Assembly (NCBI GenBank): GCA_964016885.1
Contig: OZ024745.1
Coordinates: forward strand, 93,310,001 to 93,374,000
Length of the DNA: 64,000 nucleotides
Reading direction: 5' to 3'
DNA from: Eledone cirrhosa
Taxonomy: Eukaryota
Positions 1 to 19,100 of the stretch are shown here, piece by piece. The translations under genes were made by a program, and so were the position numbers. Below the pieces are notes generated by a model. That model was not told the origin of the DNA and made no database searches. It was given only the letters and a program-made list of their open reading frames with translations. Within the stretch, counting starts at the first letter, position 1. Each line of letters opens with the position of its first letter.

Positions 1-4120
<4,120 letters not shown>

Positions 4121-4300
4121 TATCTTTTCGGCATGCGTATGCATTGGAACATATATTTTTATGCATATCTGTGAACGAAGTTACTTACATATATACACAC
4201 ACCTAACTGTATAAACTTTTTGTGTTTTCATTGGTCAATTTGAACTCTGTTCCCAAACAGACCTGTAATTTTGAATTGTTGTTATTATCAATAAATATAT

Positions 4301-4453
4301 TTCATTATTTCTGAAGACGGCATATATATGTGTTGGTATGTATATTTAATTTGATAGTTTGTATAATTTTGTATAATTTTGTACATAGATCTGTTGAATA
4401 TGCATGCCAATTCTAACACATATATATCCTAGAAACGATCGTTAAATAATGAA
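4301..4453 (+). ncRNA. Type I hammerhead ribozyme with long stem II
   Basis: Stem I TTCATTATTT/AAATAATGAA (10 bp, perfect); CTGAAGA 4311-4317; stem II ATATATATGTGTT...AACACATATATAT; GAAA 4432-4435; palindromic CGATCG stem III; GUU cleavage triplet. Confidence 0.8.
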
Positions 4454-4649
4454 CTTTTTTTGTTTAATATAAGGAACTGTTTCATTGTTTTATTCATTAT
4501 TTTTTTAATATTTTATCTTGACTCTGTATTCCGTTTATCTTTCACCGAAAGTGATTTTCATTGCATCTCTTCTTTCCATGATATCCGGATTACATTGAGT
4601 TCTTCATACGGATTGGACACTACCGTAAACTCTTGGTAGATTTATCTAC

Positions 4650-4658
4650 ATATATATG

Positions 4659-4751
<93 letters not shown>

Positions 4752-4766
4752 GTATATATATATATG

Positions 4767-4823
<57 letters not shown>

Positions 4824-4834
4824 GTATATATATG

Positions 4835-4887
<53 letters not shown>

Positions 4888-5865
4888 ATATATATATGTA
4901 TATATGTATATATATATATATAGTATATATGTATATGTATATATATGTATATATATATATGTATATATATATGTATATATATATGTATATATATATGTAT
5001 ATATAATGTATATATATATATGTATATATATATGTATATATATATATATATATGTATATATATGTATATATATATATATGTATATATATGTATATATATA
5101 TATATATGTATATATATGTATATATATATGTATATATATGTATATATGTATATATATGTATGTATATATTATATATATGTATATATATATATATATGTAT
5201 ATATATGTATATTTATATATATGTATATTATATATATATATGTATATGTATATGTATATATATATATATGTATATATATGTATATATATATATTTATATG
5301 TATATGTATATGTATATATATGTATATTGTATATATATGTATATATATATATATGATATATGTATATATATGTATATATATATATGTATATATATGTATA
5401 TGTATATATATGTATATGTATATGTATATATATGTATATATATATATATATGTATAGTATATGTATATATATATATATGTATATGTATATGTATATATAT
5501 GTATATGTATATATATTATATATGTATATATATGTATATGTATATATATGTATATGTATATGTATATATATGTATATGTATATAGTATATATATATATAT
5601 GTATATATATGTATATGTATGTATATGTATATATATATGTATATGTATATGTATATATATGTATATGTATATATATATATATGTATATATATATATGTAT
5701 ATGTATATGTATATATATGTATAGTATATATATATGTATATATATGTATATGTACTATATGTATATATATGTATATGTATATATATGTATATATATATAT
5801 ATGTATATATATGTATATATATGTATATGTATATATATGTATATATATGTATATGTATATATATG

Positions 5866-5904
<39 letters not shown>

Positions 5905-5906
5905 GT

Positions 5907-5937
<31 letters not shown>

Positions 5938-6079
5938 GTATATATATGTATATATATATATATGTATATATATGTATATATATGTATATATATATATGTA
6001 TATATATATAGTATATATGTATATATATGTATATATATATATATGTATATATATGTATATATATATATGTATATATATG

Positions 6080-6171
<92 letters not shown>

Positions 6172-6200
6172 TATGTATTATATATATGTATATATATATG

Positions 6201-6233
<33 letters not shown>

Positions 6234-6269
6234 GTATAATATATATATGTATATATATGTGTATATATG

Positions 6270-6336
<67 letters not shown>

Positions 6337-6385
6337 GTATGTATATATATATATATGTATTATAGTATATATATGTATATATATG

Positions 6386-6416
<31 letters not shown>

Positions 6417-6488
6417 GTGTATATATGTATATATATATATATATAGTGTATATATATATATGTATATATATATATATGTAATATATAG

Positions 6489-6519
<31 letters not shown>

Positions 6520-6696
6520 GTATATATATATGTATAATGTATATATGTATATATGTATATTATGTATATGTATATATATGTATATATTGTATATTGTATA
6601 TATATGTATATATATGTATGTATATATATATGTATATATATGTATGTATATATATGTGTATATTATGTATATATATATATATGTATTATATATATG

Positions 6697-6732
<36 letters not shown>

Positions 6733-6896
6733 TATATGTATGTTATGTATGTATATGTATGTATATTATATATGTATATATATGTATGTATATGTATATA
6801 TATGTATATGTATGTATATGTATATATATGTATGTATATGTATATATGTATATATATGTATATATATGTAGGTATATATATGTATATATATGTATG
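4650..6896. repeat. Compound (TA)n/(TATG)n microsatellite
   Basis: Directly visible. Confidence 0.98.
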
Positions 6897-7096
6897 NNNN
6901 NNNNNNNNNNNNNNNNNNNNNNNNNNNNNNNNNNNNNNNNNNNNNNNNNNNNNNNNNNNNNNNNNNNNNNNNNNNNNNNNNNNNNNNNNNNNNNNNNNNN
7001 NNNNNNNNNNNNNNNNNNNNNNNNNNNNNNNNNNNNNNNNNNNNNNNNNNNNNNNNNNNNNNNNNNNNNNNNNNNNNNNNNNNNNNNNNNNNNNNN
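6897..7096. other. Assembly gap (200 N)
   Basis: Run of N. Confidence 1.
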
Positions 7097-7169
7097 CATT
7101 AATATTTCAGTGTTGTTGATAACAGACCACTCTTTTCTTTCATCCTTTCTGCAGAAACCCTTAACACTA

Positions 7170-7208
<39 letters not shown>

Positions 7209-7690
7209 CTTTAAACTTAATTTTTAAATATTTTTTTTTATATAATGTTCCTTTGAAAACCAAAATGAAAAAATAAAACTAACTTCTTTCTTTCAAAGAT
7301 TTTTTTTTTTTTATAAAACATGTCAATATAAATTACTCAGATTAAAAAAAAATTGTTATTAAAAAAAAGACGAAATATTTTTATGTGCAGTTTATTTGAA
7401 AAAGTAAAGATAAATTTAACATTTTAAAAAGTGTGGTTTCTTGTAGATTTTAACATTATTTTGCAAAGTTGAATGAAGCTTAGCACCCATTTTTTTGCAC
7501 TGTATATTTTGTAATGGGTATCTTTTATAATTGTGTCTAATAAATTAAGCATGTTGTAACCTATTGTAATTAACCCTTTCATTATCATGTTTCTAATGAA
7601 AGACACTTATTTTGATTTTGAAGTCATTTTGAAAAGATTTAATAAAATAACTAACTTTCTCATTAAATTGGTGTTTAGAGCATAACTTAG

Positions 7691-7895
7691 CCCTTTAGCA
7701 TTTAAACCAGCTGTATCCGGCCAGAATTCTCTCATTTCTTTCTGTTCAAACCAACCGTAACTGGGCACACATACAGATAAGGTATTGTTCTCAAAATAAA
7801 TAATATCAAAATCTTATAGATTCAATATTATGTGAGGTAAAGCCTTTACCACAAAAATACAATAATATATGTAGAGTAATGAAAATGCTAAAGGG
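7691..7895. mobile_element. piggyBac-like MITE (about 205 bp)
   Basis: TIRs CCCTTTAGCATT...AATGCTAAAGGG followed by TTAA; homologous to copies at 11194, 16177, 17210 and 31214. Confidence 0.75.
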
Positions 7896-8647
7896 TTAAG
7901 CTGCTATTTGAAACAAAATATTCCGAGAGAAAATTATGTGCCATTTTAAAACAAGTAGTTTTGTGTCATACAACTAAAAGCAGTCTCAGATGGCTTAGTA
8001 TTAAAAAGGATTTAAAGCCTTTACCACAAAAAATACAATAGTATAGATAAAGTAAATGCTAAAGGGTTAACAAATGTTCTATTATTAGAATTATGATATA
8101 AATATCAACACTTTAAAGTAAACAGCTTTGTATTGCAAAACCAAGGGTGGTTTTTGGCAATGTGGTAGCAGAAGTATTAAAATATTTCTAATTTTTATTA
8201 ATTATTTTTAATTGGTGTTGTCTTATGATTTCTGCTTGTAGATATTTGTCCTCCCCTCTCCATTTATGTTGTATATTTGTTGTTGGAAAAGTCAGGTACA
8301 TTATAAACCCCATTCTCCATTTTACATATGCAATAGTGTATGAGGTTTATAAAAGACTTTTGTCATGTTACTACTATTGAATCTGCTTGAACTGTTATTT
8401 TCTTTATTTTAGTTCATTCTGTTGCTAAGACAACGTTTGGAAAAAGCACAAACATTATAAATCCCCATTTACTTTCCTTGAAAATCTGAATATCTGTGTT
8501 TATTGTTTAGCATGCTCTAGGCAACATAATGCAATAAACGTTTCTATTGTGATTATATAGTTGAGTGTTAGTAGCATGTAATATAAGTTGTATCAATCAT
8601 ATATCACTATCAGGTGTTAATAGAGTGAAAGTATTAGGGAAGATTGT

Positions 8648-8755
8648 TTAGAAGATATCATGGTGGCCATTTCTCATCTTTACTATATCATCTCTGTTAT
8701 TATTTTTAATTTTTTTCGTCCTTTTCAGTTTTTCTTTTGAAAAAAATTAGTAACT
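8648..8755 (-). CDS. Putative last coding exon: basic cytoplasmic tail
   Basis: Acceptor ttttcattgcag, phase 2. Reads RVTNFFQKKN* as written (stop 8725), or ...LKRTKKIKNNNRDDIVKMRNGHHDIF* (stop 8648) with one poly-A indel. AATAAA downstream at about 8500 and 8405. Confidence 0.55.
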
Positions 8756-11700
8756 CTGCAATGAAAATTAATGTACTTTGTATTAAACATTACAACAGTA
8801 GTAGTACCACTAACACCAGCAGCACAAAAAGGAGAGAGTCTTTATATGCTTGTTCAACAGAATATAACTGCTGTATAGAATATATCTATAGGTTTTAGCC
8901 AACACTATATACCTAGTCAAATGAAAACACTCCATGAAGGTAGGCTGAAAAGTTCATAGGCTTACTACAAACGAGTGATGCTAGTGCTGTGGAATCTTGC
9001 ATTAATTTCAACTCTTATTATTAATAACTGCATTGTTTCTTTCTAGGGACTATGTTAAAAAAATAAACCTCATTTGGCCATTCCATGAGAGTATCTTGGT
9101 CAGCCTATGAATTTTGCAACCAACCCTTGTATATACAATATAATCTTGGGCAGAACAAATGTGATCAGCCAGACTAGATTCAATCCTGTGTTGGGATTTC
9201 ATCCATGGAAACACTTCATGGCAGCTGATTCAATTAATAATATACTAATATATGTGTGTTAACTAAGTTCTGTTTAAATGCTATACTGTATTACTGAATA
9301 TATCTCTAGATTTGAGCCAACACTATGTATAGACAAGTGCTAGGACTATCATTTCTCATGAAAAAAACAAAAAAAAAAACACCAGGCTTTGAAACTTCCA
9401 AAAATCATCTGATGTTTTGCATACAAAATGCTGCTGGTGATATAAAATAAAAACCTTGACTGGTTTATCACTTCTCAGGAGTGCAATGCTTCCATAAAGT
9501 GGGGGATCCTCCCTGTTCCAAGCAGCTACCACATTTTCTCTTGTACATAGTTCAACTTGGATTAAACAGTTTGCATAACTCAACCCTTTAATTTCCCTAG
9601 GTTAATGCATTTATTTGTTGTTTTTTTTTAGGTTTGTGACAGGCCATGATGCTCTTGCCCCACCAGTTAGTAAGGATAATACTGAGTGATTATAATACTG
9701 AGTGACTATAATACTGGAAAATTGTATTTTTTAATTTCCATATTGTGTGTTCTATTTTATACTATAGCTAATCTTTTTGGTCTTTCAAGTTTCATATACG
9801 ATTTTTCTTATCCCATTTGTAATTATTTTTGAGCATCACAAGACAAGTTCCATCACTTTTTTTTGTTGCACTCATCTTTAGAGAAAATACAATATTGCTC
9901 TATATATATATATATACTTTCTCTAAAGATTTTATGTAACGCCTTATAGTTTACTTAAATCATTGTTATTTAAACATGATGAAAGGCCTCCTAAAAAATA
10001 GAAAATATATATATATATAAGAAATAAATTTAGTTTTCTCTAGTTCAACATTGCAATGGATTTTACCACCTTATTTTGTTTATTTTGATTCCTAGGTTAG
10101 CAAATTTGGGAGTAGGGCAAAGTTGATTAAATCAACCCCAGTACTTAACTGGTACTTTATTTTATCGACCCCAGGATGATGAAAGGCAAAGTTAACCAAG
10201 GTGGTATTTGAACCTATCCACTTCTCTTATATTTCTGATTAATATTGAGACATTGTCTTATGATTTATGTTTCTTATTTACATGGAGTAGTTGGTTGGTT
10301 TAATGACATTTAAATGGTTTGATATATTTTCATTTGAATTCACTTATAACATGCTTTTGCACTTGAGTTTGCGATAAATGTGAACTCTTTTACTTACCGT
10401 TTGTATGTTATGAATCCATATATTATAAAGAAAAACGTTAAGACACCACCAACTGCACCAGCTGTAATTTGGAGGACTAAAAAGAATATATTTTACATTT
10501 AGAAATCATACTTAGAATTACACTAAAAGGATTCACTTCACTCAACTGTAGTTATCATGTAATATATTATTTTAGGTTACCAGTCAAATAAAGTACCAAT
10601 AATACACTGGGATAATTGCTAGCCTTGTGCCAAAAGTAGAAACAATATATTATTTTACGTTACTGAAAAGTATTTAAAATACCTGCGAACCGTTCTTTTT
10701 AATCAGATTCAAGTATTCGCAATTGTTATGGAATATATTTAAAAACAAAATAGTATTGTTGGTATAATCAAGTGATGTATATAAAAAAAGCCATTAGACT
10801 AAAAGTTATCTTTCAATTCATAGCTAGAGATATGTATTTGGAAATTTTACTTCATATAAGCTGCAGTGTTTCTTATATAACAGTTTATTATATGGAAAAC
10901 AACATTAGAAATTTGTAAATGCTTTATATATATATTTAGGAATAATTAATCACACATACCTGTGAAAAACCCTACTATCTGTTTCTTTGCAGATTCTGAA
11001 ATGAAAATAACCCTATTATTTTTAGAAAGTACACTTCATCTTATTTTCCTCTTATTTTTTTGTTTTGCATATAGCTATATTATCATTGCTAAATATATGT
11101 ATACACATGTTCACACATTCAATTGTGAACACTCTGCAATTCTAAAACAGTTATATGTCTTATAGAAAAGCTTCCATTCACCCATATTATTAACCCTTTA
11201 GCATTTACATTGTTCTATATTTACTATTGTATTTTCTCTGGTAAAGGCTTTATTTCACATAATATCAAATCTATGAGATTTTGATGTTATTTATTTTGAA
11301 CAATATCTTAACATCAGTATGAGATGCCATTTACTGCCAATTTGAACAGAAAGAAGTGAGAGAATTCTGGCTGGATATGGCCTGTTTAAATGCTAAAGGG
11401 TTAATACTCTATATTCCCTGTAATGATAGTATAGTATCTGCTCTTTTGCCTTCTGAACAAGAACAAGCTGATTGTATATCACCAAAATCAAATTAGATGT
11501 CATAAGTTAACATAGGGTCGTCTGTGAGGCCAGTCAACTTGTTAAAAAGAAGAGCCTAATTACCATCAAATTACACTCTACCACATTGGAAACTGAAGGA
11601 CATATTGACTAATTTACTCATGGCTGAAATATCTTTGATCATTGGGCTGCTTTTACACTTCATGTCCTTTGTTGAGAGTATTTTTGGTTTTATTCATTTC

Positions 11701-14700
11701 CTTATTAACAGGCTCGGGGCAGTGGACAGGCAGGTCTGGTAGTGTATCAGACACCATGCCTACAGCAGTGGGGTGTATGCCACCATCTTCATTCTTGAGA
11801 GTGGTTAAGTGGGCCAAAAAGAAGAGCTCTCTGGGGGATAAGGATCCAGGACATCATGGATGAACCCATTAATGGGAACCACAGTTGTGCTCATCAGGTG
11901 GTGCCCAGCTTTGGCAGTGAGTGGGGGTAGTTGGAGACCATTGGTGTCTCCGCTGTTGCTGGCAGGGAAAGATCTCAGAGCAGAGTCTTCCTTGGAAGTC
12001 AGGTATGGGTTTGAGGTCTTTGTAATTGGTTTCTTTTTTCAATTCAAACTGTAGCATCTGTTTGATAGATTATAAGTCTGTTGGATCATGATTGGTCTGG
12101 AAAATGAGCAATGTTTGCATAGTTTAGAAGGGTTGTCACATTCTGAGAGTAGATAGATAGGTCAGCTAGTTTCTACAGCTGGATGATCTTCTTTACACCA
12201 ACCACTTCACAACATGTACTGGGTTCATTTTCCTGTGGCATCACCACTACCACTTGACAGGTGGGCAGGGTGCATTTTATCATGACACCTACACTTCCAT
12301 TTTGCAGTGGGGGCTGTACTAATAATTTGTAAAGGATTTATATTTATAGGTATAATTAATGACTTACTTTGAGGTCCTTTCTCTGAGGGCCTTTCTGAAA
12401 AGAAAGAAATTGTATTGGTTTTAGAAAGTTTGCTTGATTTTCTTTTCCTTTTATTTTGTTGCTGTTTTTTTTTTACATGCATATTGAAACAAATACATTT
12501 ATAAACACATGCACATATACATATGTATATATACCCAATAAGCACATTCATATATACATATGTATACACCCAATAAACACATAAATATATACATATGTGT
12601 ATACCCAATAAACACATGAATATATACATATGTATATACCCAATAAACACATGCACATATACATATGTATATATACCCAATAAAGACATGCATATATACA
12701 TATGTATATACCCAATAAACACATATATATCTCCCCCCAAAACATGTATATCTCCCCAATAAACACATGTATATATACATATGTATCTATGCAATAACAC
12801 ATATATACATATGTATCTATCGAATAAACACATGAATATATATACATATGTATCTATCCAATAAACACATGTATATATACATATGTATATACCCAATAAA
12901 CACATGCATATTCCATGTGTCTAACACCTGTGGGTATACTCTTTTACTTTTTTACATGTTCCAGCCATCTGTTGGAAAGCAACACAGCTCCCATGACTTT
13001 CGGAAACATTTTTTCACACTCAGAGTTGCTGAAGCATGGAACAAACTACCCTGCATCAGTTGTTAGCTGCTGAGATACTGCATCCTTTAAAACCTCCATG
13101 CTTCCTGAAATTCACCAACACTACACCTGATGCCCCCCCCTCCATACACACGCACCATCTATATCATGACTCAAACACTGTTCACTTTCCTGACATTTGT
13201 AAATTATTCTAAGTACGATACATGCACCTTTGATGAGTTATACTGCACCTGATCACTGTATACAATAATTTCATTATTATTATATCTACCTACCCAATCA
13301 TGAACAACCTGCACACCAAAATATCTATTTGTCTGATAGATTAAAACCTTTGTTTACCAAACACTATGTTAACTGGTTTATCGATACCCTGAGTTCTCTC
13401 TCTTCGTCTGTCTTCTGAGCCAAATAATTGTGTACCCACTCCAACTAAAACTAACAAGCTTTGTGTTTACAATCTGCTATCCTCAAATCTTTAACTATAG
13501 ATAGTTCTCGTCTTGCCACTAAGATTTCAGTTCTTCAAATTCAACATGAACCACATTAACTTCATCCAGTTATTGTTGTCTTTAATTAATATAAAAGGAT
13601 AAAGATCCCATAACTCTTTGTGGAGTCGTAGAGGCGCCATCATACAACGTTTCTAGGGTACTTTTTAAACCTGGTGGAGCCCAACTCTCTCTCCAGGTCT
13701 CAATACAGCCACATTTTTCTATAGAGGAAGAATCAACCTCGGGTACTGGACTGGTACTTTTTTATTAACCTCGGAAAGATGAAAGGCAAAGTTGACCCCA
13801 GCGGAATTTGAACTCACGATGCGCAATAAGGTGGGAGAAATACCGTAAAGGATTCTATCCAACGTCTTAATGACTGCCAATTCACCTCCCCTCAGATTAT
13901 GTAATCGTCAAACACCAGTGATTTAAAAAATATTTAATGAACTGATACAAATTTATTTATCACCATAAGTAATGAAGTAAGCACTACCACATTTAATGAG
14001 GAACATAACTTCGATTTTATCAAAATTGTACCTGTATCAAGGAGGGGTAAACATTATCAAACAATGCTTATAACAATCAAACAAAAGAAAGGATGATATG
14101 TTGTTTTTGGTGATTTGAACCAAGGATATTCAGAGTTCCATTAGATTTTGTCAAAAAATGAATAATGTAGACAGATGGGGCCAGTTTTTTTTATTCCCCT
14201 TGTATCATATATATTTAAGCTACTAGATAAAGCAGAATATATATTTTACCTTTGCGAATTTCTTTACATTCAACATTCACCATAAAACTGTTTTGCAGCT
14301 GAATATATATACAATAGATGGATAAATATTATAATATATATATATATATATACATTTGATATTAATTTAACAATGAAAATAATAACAACAAAGTCAAGTT
14401 ATTGTTCTATGCATATCATTGTTTTACGATTGTCTCGAGGGTTGATCATATTGACTGATCTATAGCAGTTATATAACTATGCTATCAGACTTCATATATA
14501 GGTTCAATCAAACTATCTCTTCGGACCCTACCATAAAGGGTAGACCACATTGAAAAGTATATATATATATATAAATATATATATATATAAAAATATATAT
14601 ATCAATGGGATAGATATATTATAAAATTATGCCAAAGATGTATTTAGATTAACTACACCTTCCTTGTAATTTGTGTGTTCAAAAACAAGATGGGTATAGA

Positions 14701-16112
14701 ACAGAACAAAGGAGAGACACAAAATAAAAACCCCAGCACTGAAGTCACATGAATGTGTGACAAAAGAGCTTTGACAATATATAAACAAGCCAACGGTTAT
14801 CAAACCAACCAACTGGAAATTTATAATAAATTGAAGTGAAAACCAACAAGTGCATGTGTTTTTATTGGCAGCATGACCCTCCCAAAGTATAACAATGATA
14901 TAAATAAATTAATCTTAATCTCTAGATGTTGTTTGTTGTGAGATGAATGTATTTAATGTGAAGCTAGAACTTCTGGTTGATGTCTGGGGTCAAACACATG
15001 ATGGCCAAGGAATTGTAGAGAATTGAAGTTCTGAGGATTGAGAAATATTGAGAAGAGTTTTGTTATTGGCTTCAAAGAGGGAGAGAGTTGTTGCTGTTGC
15101 TGTTGCTGCTGCTGCTGCTCTTCTTCTTATTCTTATTCTTCTTCACCCACTTATTCCTGGGAGGGTCGTGGAGGCAGAGTCTTCAAGTATGACTTCCATG
15201 GGGTCCTGTCAGAAGCAACCAACTCCAATCGATCCAGCTGGATCTCCAAACGAGACAGCCAAGCTCATGGATGTTATCCAACCATCTTGCTTGGGGGTCT
15301 ATCTCTAGGCCTCCTGCCAGTTGATTTTGCTTGCGAAATCTGTCGAGCGATTCTTTCTTGAGATATTCTAACCCACATGTCTGTAATTCGGAGCAGTGAT
15401 CTCTCATTTCAAAGAAGTAGTAGCTCTCTGATCTCCGAGCTATGCACTCCATCGAGTAACATTACTCTAAAGACCCTTTGGAGGAACACTATTTTGGCTG
15501 CTTGTATTCATGATTGTATTCTTTTGGTCATTACCCAAGATTCATGACCATACATAAGTAAGGGTTGGTATGAACACCAAATTGAAGATAACAAGTTTGG
15601 CTTTTACACCTATCTATACAAAACTTGCTATTGTAATTTACTCATTTAGTCATTTTTTTTTATTCATAGAGAAAAAAGTAAATGGAAAATCTTACATGAT
15701 ATTTTCAACCAGACTTGATATGGTGCAGTTGTTTCTTTATAAAGTTTTCAGATTCACTTTATTCTTGTTTGTAGTATTTAATAATGTAAATGTTTTTAGT
15801 TCATCTTTTGTAACTGTACATTATCAAGTTCTAAGTTAAAATTGGTAACATTAGGTGTTTTGTTTATCATGACATTTACTGCTCTTATCTGAAGTATATC
15901 TTTACTTGTTACTGTACAAGAGCAAGTGAAATTATTGGAAATCTTTGAAGGTTCATGAAGGAAAATAATGGCTCCCTGTAATACGTTTTTCTTGCAAAAT
16001 TCCATTCGGTGTTCTTCTGCAAAATATAAAATATAAATATGTTTCAATTGACTAAAATCATGTTTCTTTTTAGAGAATAAAAAATGGGATTTTGTAAATG
16101 TAATAAAATCAG

Positions 16113-16143
<31 letters not shown>

Positions 16144-19100
16144 TATATCCTGACTGTCATTCTGTATAGAGTTGAACCTTTAGCATTTACATTACTCTAT
16201 ATATACAATTGTATTTTCGCAGTAAAGACTTTATCTCACATAATATCGAATCTATGAGATTTTGATTTATTTATTTTGAGAAGAATACCTTGACATCAGT
16301 ATGAGTGGCCAGTTTACAGCCGGTTTGAACAGAAAGAGGTGGAGAGAATTCTGACCAGATACAGCCAGTTTAAATGCTGAAGGATTAAACTCTGTCTTTC
16401 TGTGCCATTGTTTTGCACAAGCAGAATTGCCCAAGGTTATTGGCATCAAAAACAGAACCAAATCACACTATTTTTTATGTTTATTGTAGCCAGATGCACC
16501 AAGACATCTTGATGTAACCACATTCCTATTCTTTATACATTAGCTGTGTCACACTTCTGAGGTCATATAGTAAACATTTTGTTAAGTCTTTCTTTAGAAC
16601 AAAATCCTCTGGAATCTCTGTCTACATGTATTCCTTCTCCAGCCATTAATTTGAGCAATTTCAAAGCTATAATTTTACTCCAGTCAAAAAGAACCTGTGC
16701 TAGGTCAAAGGAATTATTCTCAACCTGATACTATCAAATAAAACAAAAACAAAAAATATACAAACAACATAAAACATGGAGAATGTATTTGATCATAGAT
16801 TTAAATGCTATAATGATGAAATTAATTCAATGGTTTAGATTGTGTCTATATTGATAAATCCATGATGTTTCCATGAATTATCATGTCTTATTAAGTTGTA
16901 CTGAACTCTGAATAATTCAATAACATTAAAATAGTAATAAATAAAATTCATCCAATGTAAAATGTCAGTTTATCATCAATAACATTTACAGAATATTTAG
17001 TAACCGTTCCCAACTGAGGCTTGTCTTATTAATTTTCTTTCTCGTAATCACAATAATTCATGATCCATCGATAATACTTGAATACATTTTTAACCTAGCA
17101 ATTGATAATTGTTTTAAAATCAGAAATTTAGTGGAAAGATTATATTCTAAGACACATCTGATCCATTATCCCATATCTCATATGAAATCTAAGCAATAAA
17201 TTAACTTAATCCTTTAGCATTTTAAACCGCCCATATCTGGCCAGAATTCTCTCACCTCTTTCTATTCAAAATGGGCCATTCATTAAGGAATTGTTCTCAA
17301 AATAAATAATATCAAAAATCGCATAGATTCAATATTATGCGAGATAATTGTGTGAGGTAAAGCCTTTATTGTGAAAATAACAATAGTATATATATAGAGT
17401 AATGTAAATGCTTAAGGGGTTAAAGGATTTTTTTTATTTTCCATGATTTAATAAAGAAAGAAAATTGTGAAATAATATCTAAATTAAGTAGAGTTTATAT
17501 TATACAACTGAGTATATCTAATATTTTTTCATTAATTGTTGTTAATTTAAGAAATAAATAAGGGCTGGAATTAGCCAGAAATAGGGGATTGTTTGACTAA
17601 ATTCCTTACTGCCTGTTGTTTCTACCCTAAAGGGTATTGTCCTCATAACAAAAAACCTATTGGGTAGTTGGAGAAACCTTGTCTTCATGCATATATCTTC
17701 ATGGAAATACACAAGAACGTACTGGAATACTTTCCATATTGCCTTCTCTTGGCTTATGGGAAAACTTCAGTATGGACAATGTATTTTAATGTAATACTTA
17801 TTAGTCACATGGTACTTATTGCTCACATAATAATCTTACAATTTATAGTAATCTGTACATAATACCTCATCACAGTTAGTAGATGGTTTTATTGAGGTTG
17901 ATTATGTATTATACTATACATTGTACAATATATCATGTGTATGTAAACAAACACATTATTTGTTTAAAAGGGCGGTGAATTGGCAGTATCGGTGGAGGGT
18001 CGGACATGCTTTCCAGCATAGTTACGTCCCTTTACGATCTGAGTTAAAATCCCGCCGAGGTTAACTTTTGCTTTCATCCATACAGAGGTCGATAAAATAA
18101 AGTACCAGTAATTGCTGGCCTTGTGCCAAAAGTAGAAACAATTATTTGTTTAAAACCCATTTCAATGAAAGCATAGAATCCGAAATTGAACTATCAGGAT
18201 TATAAGTACCTTTAGATTCTCTTCATGTGCAGTATACCCAAACCACATGATTTTTTCATTCAGATACATATCTTATAAGTATTCTATTATATACAAAATG
18301 TGGTATTGCTATGATGAACAATAACTGAGGTTTATTATACTGTACACCCCACAGCATATGAGAGATATGTGTTTTCCCCTCTAAAGGACAATACTGCATT
18401 TATATCAAGATATAAATTATTGATCATTATCAGTGAATGTCTAGATGCAGATCTATGATGTCACAGATCACAAAAGTGAATGTCTAGATGCAAATCTATG
18501 ATGTCACAAAACTAACAGATGTCACTCACAAAGACCATCTAAAACTACCTAGTCACAACACTAACAGATGTCACACAAAGACCATCTAATACTATCTAGT
18601 CATAAAACTAACAGATGTCACTGACAAAGACCATCTAAAACTATCTAGTCACAAAACTAACAGATGTCACTCACAAAGACCATCTAAAACTATTTGGTCA
18701 CAAAACTAACAGATTTCACTCACAAAGACCATTTAAAACTATTTGGTCACAAACTAACAGATGTCACTCACAAAGACCATCTGAAACTACCTAGTCACAA
18801 CACTAACAGATGTCACACAAAGACCATCTAAAACTATCTAGTCACAAAACTAACAGATGTCACTGACAAAGACCATCTAAAACTATCTAGTCACAAAACT
18901 AACCGATGTCACTCACAAAAACCATCTAAAACTATTTGGTCACAAAACTAACAGATGTCACTCACAAAGACCATATAAAACTATTTGGTCACAAAACTAA
19001 CAGATGTCACTCACAAAGACCATCTAAAACTATCTAGTCACAAAACTAACCGATGTCACTCACAAAAACCATCTAAAACTATTTGGTCACAAAACTAACA

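Noticed and set aside
10066-10091. Alternative small cytoplasmic exon (RNQNKQNKV)
   Set aside because: Weak, SINE-derived acceptor; not needed for the gene model.
14425-14530. Possible minus-strand hammerhead (CCGAAGA...GAGA)
   Set aside because: Both core boxes are mutated and stem I does not pair.
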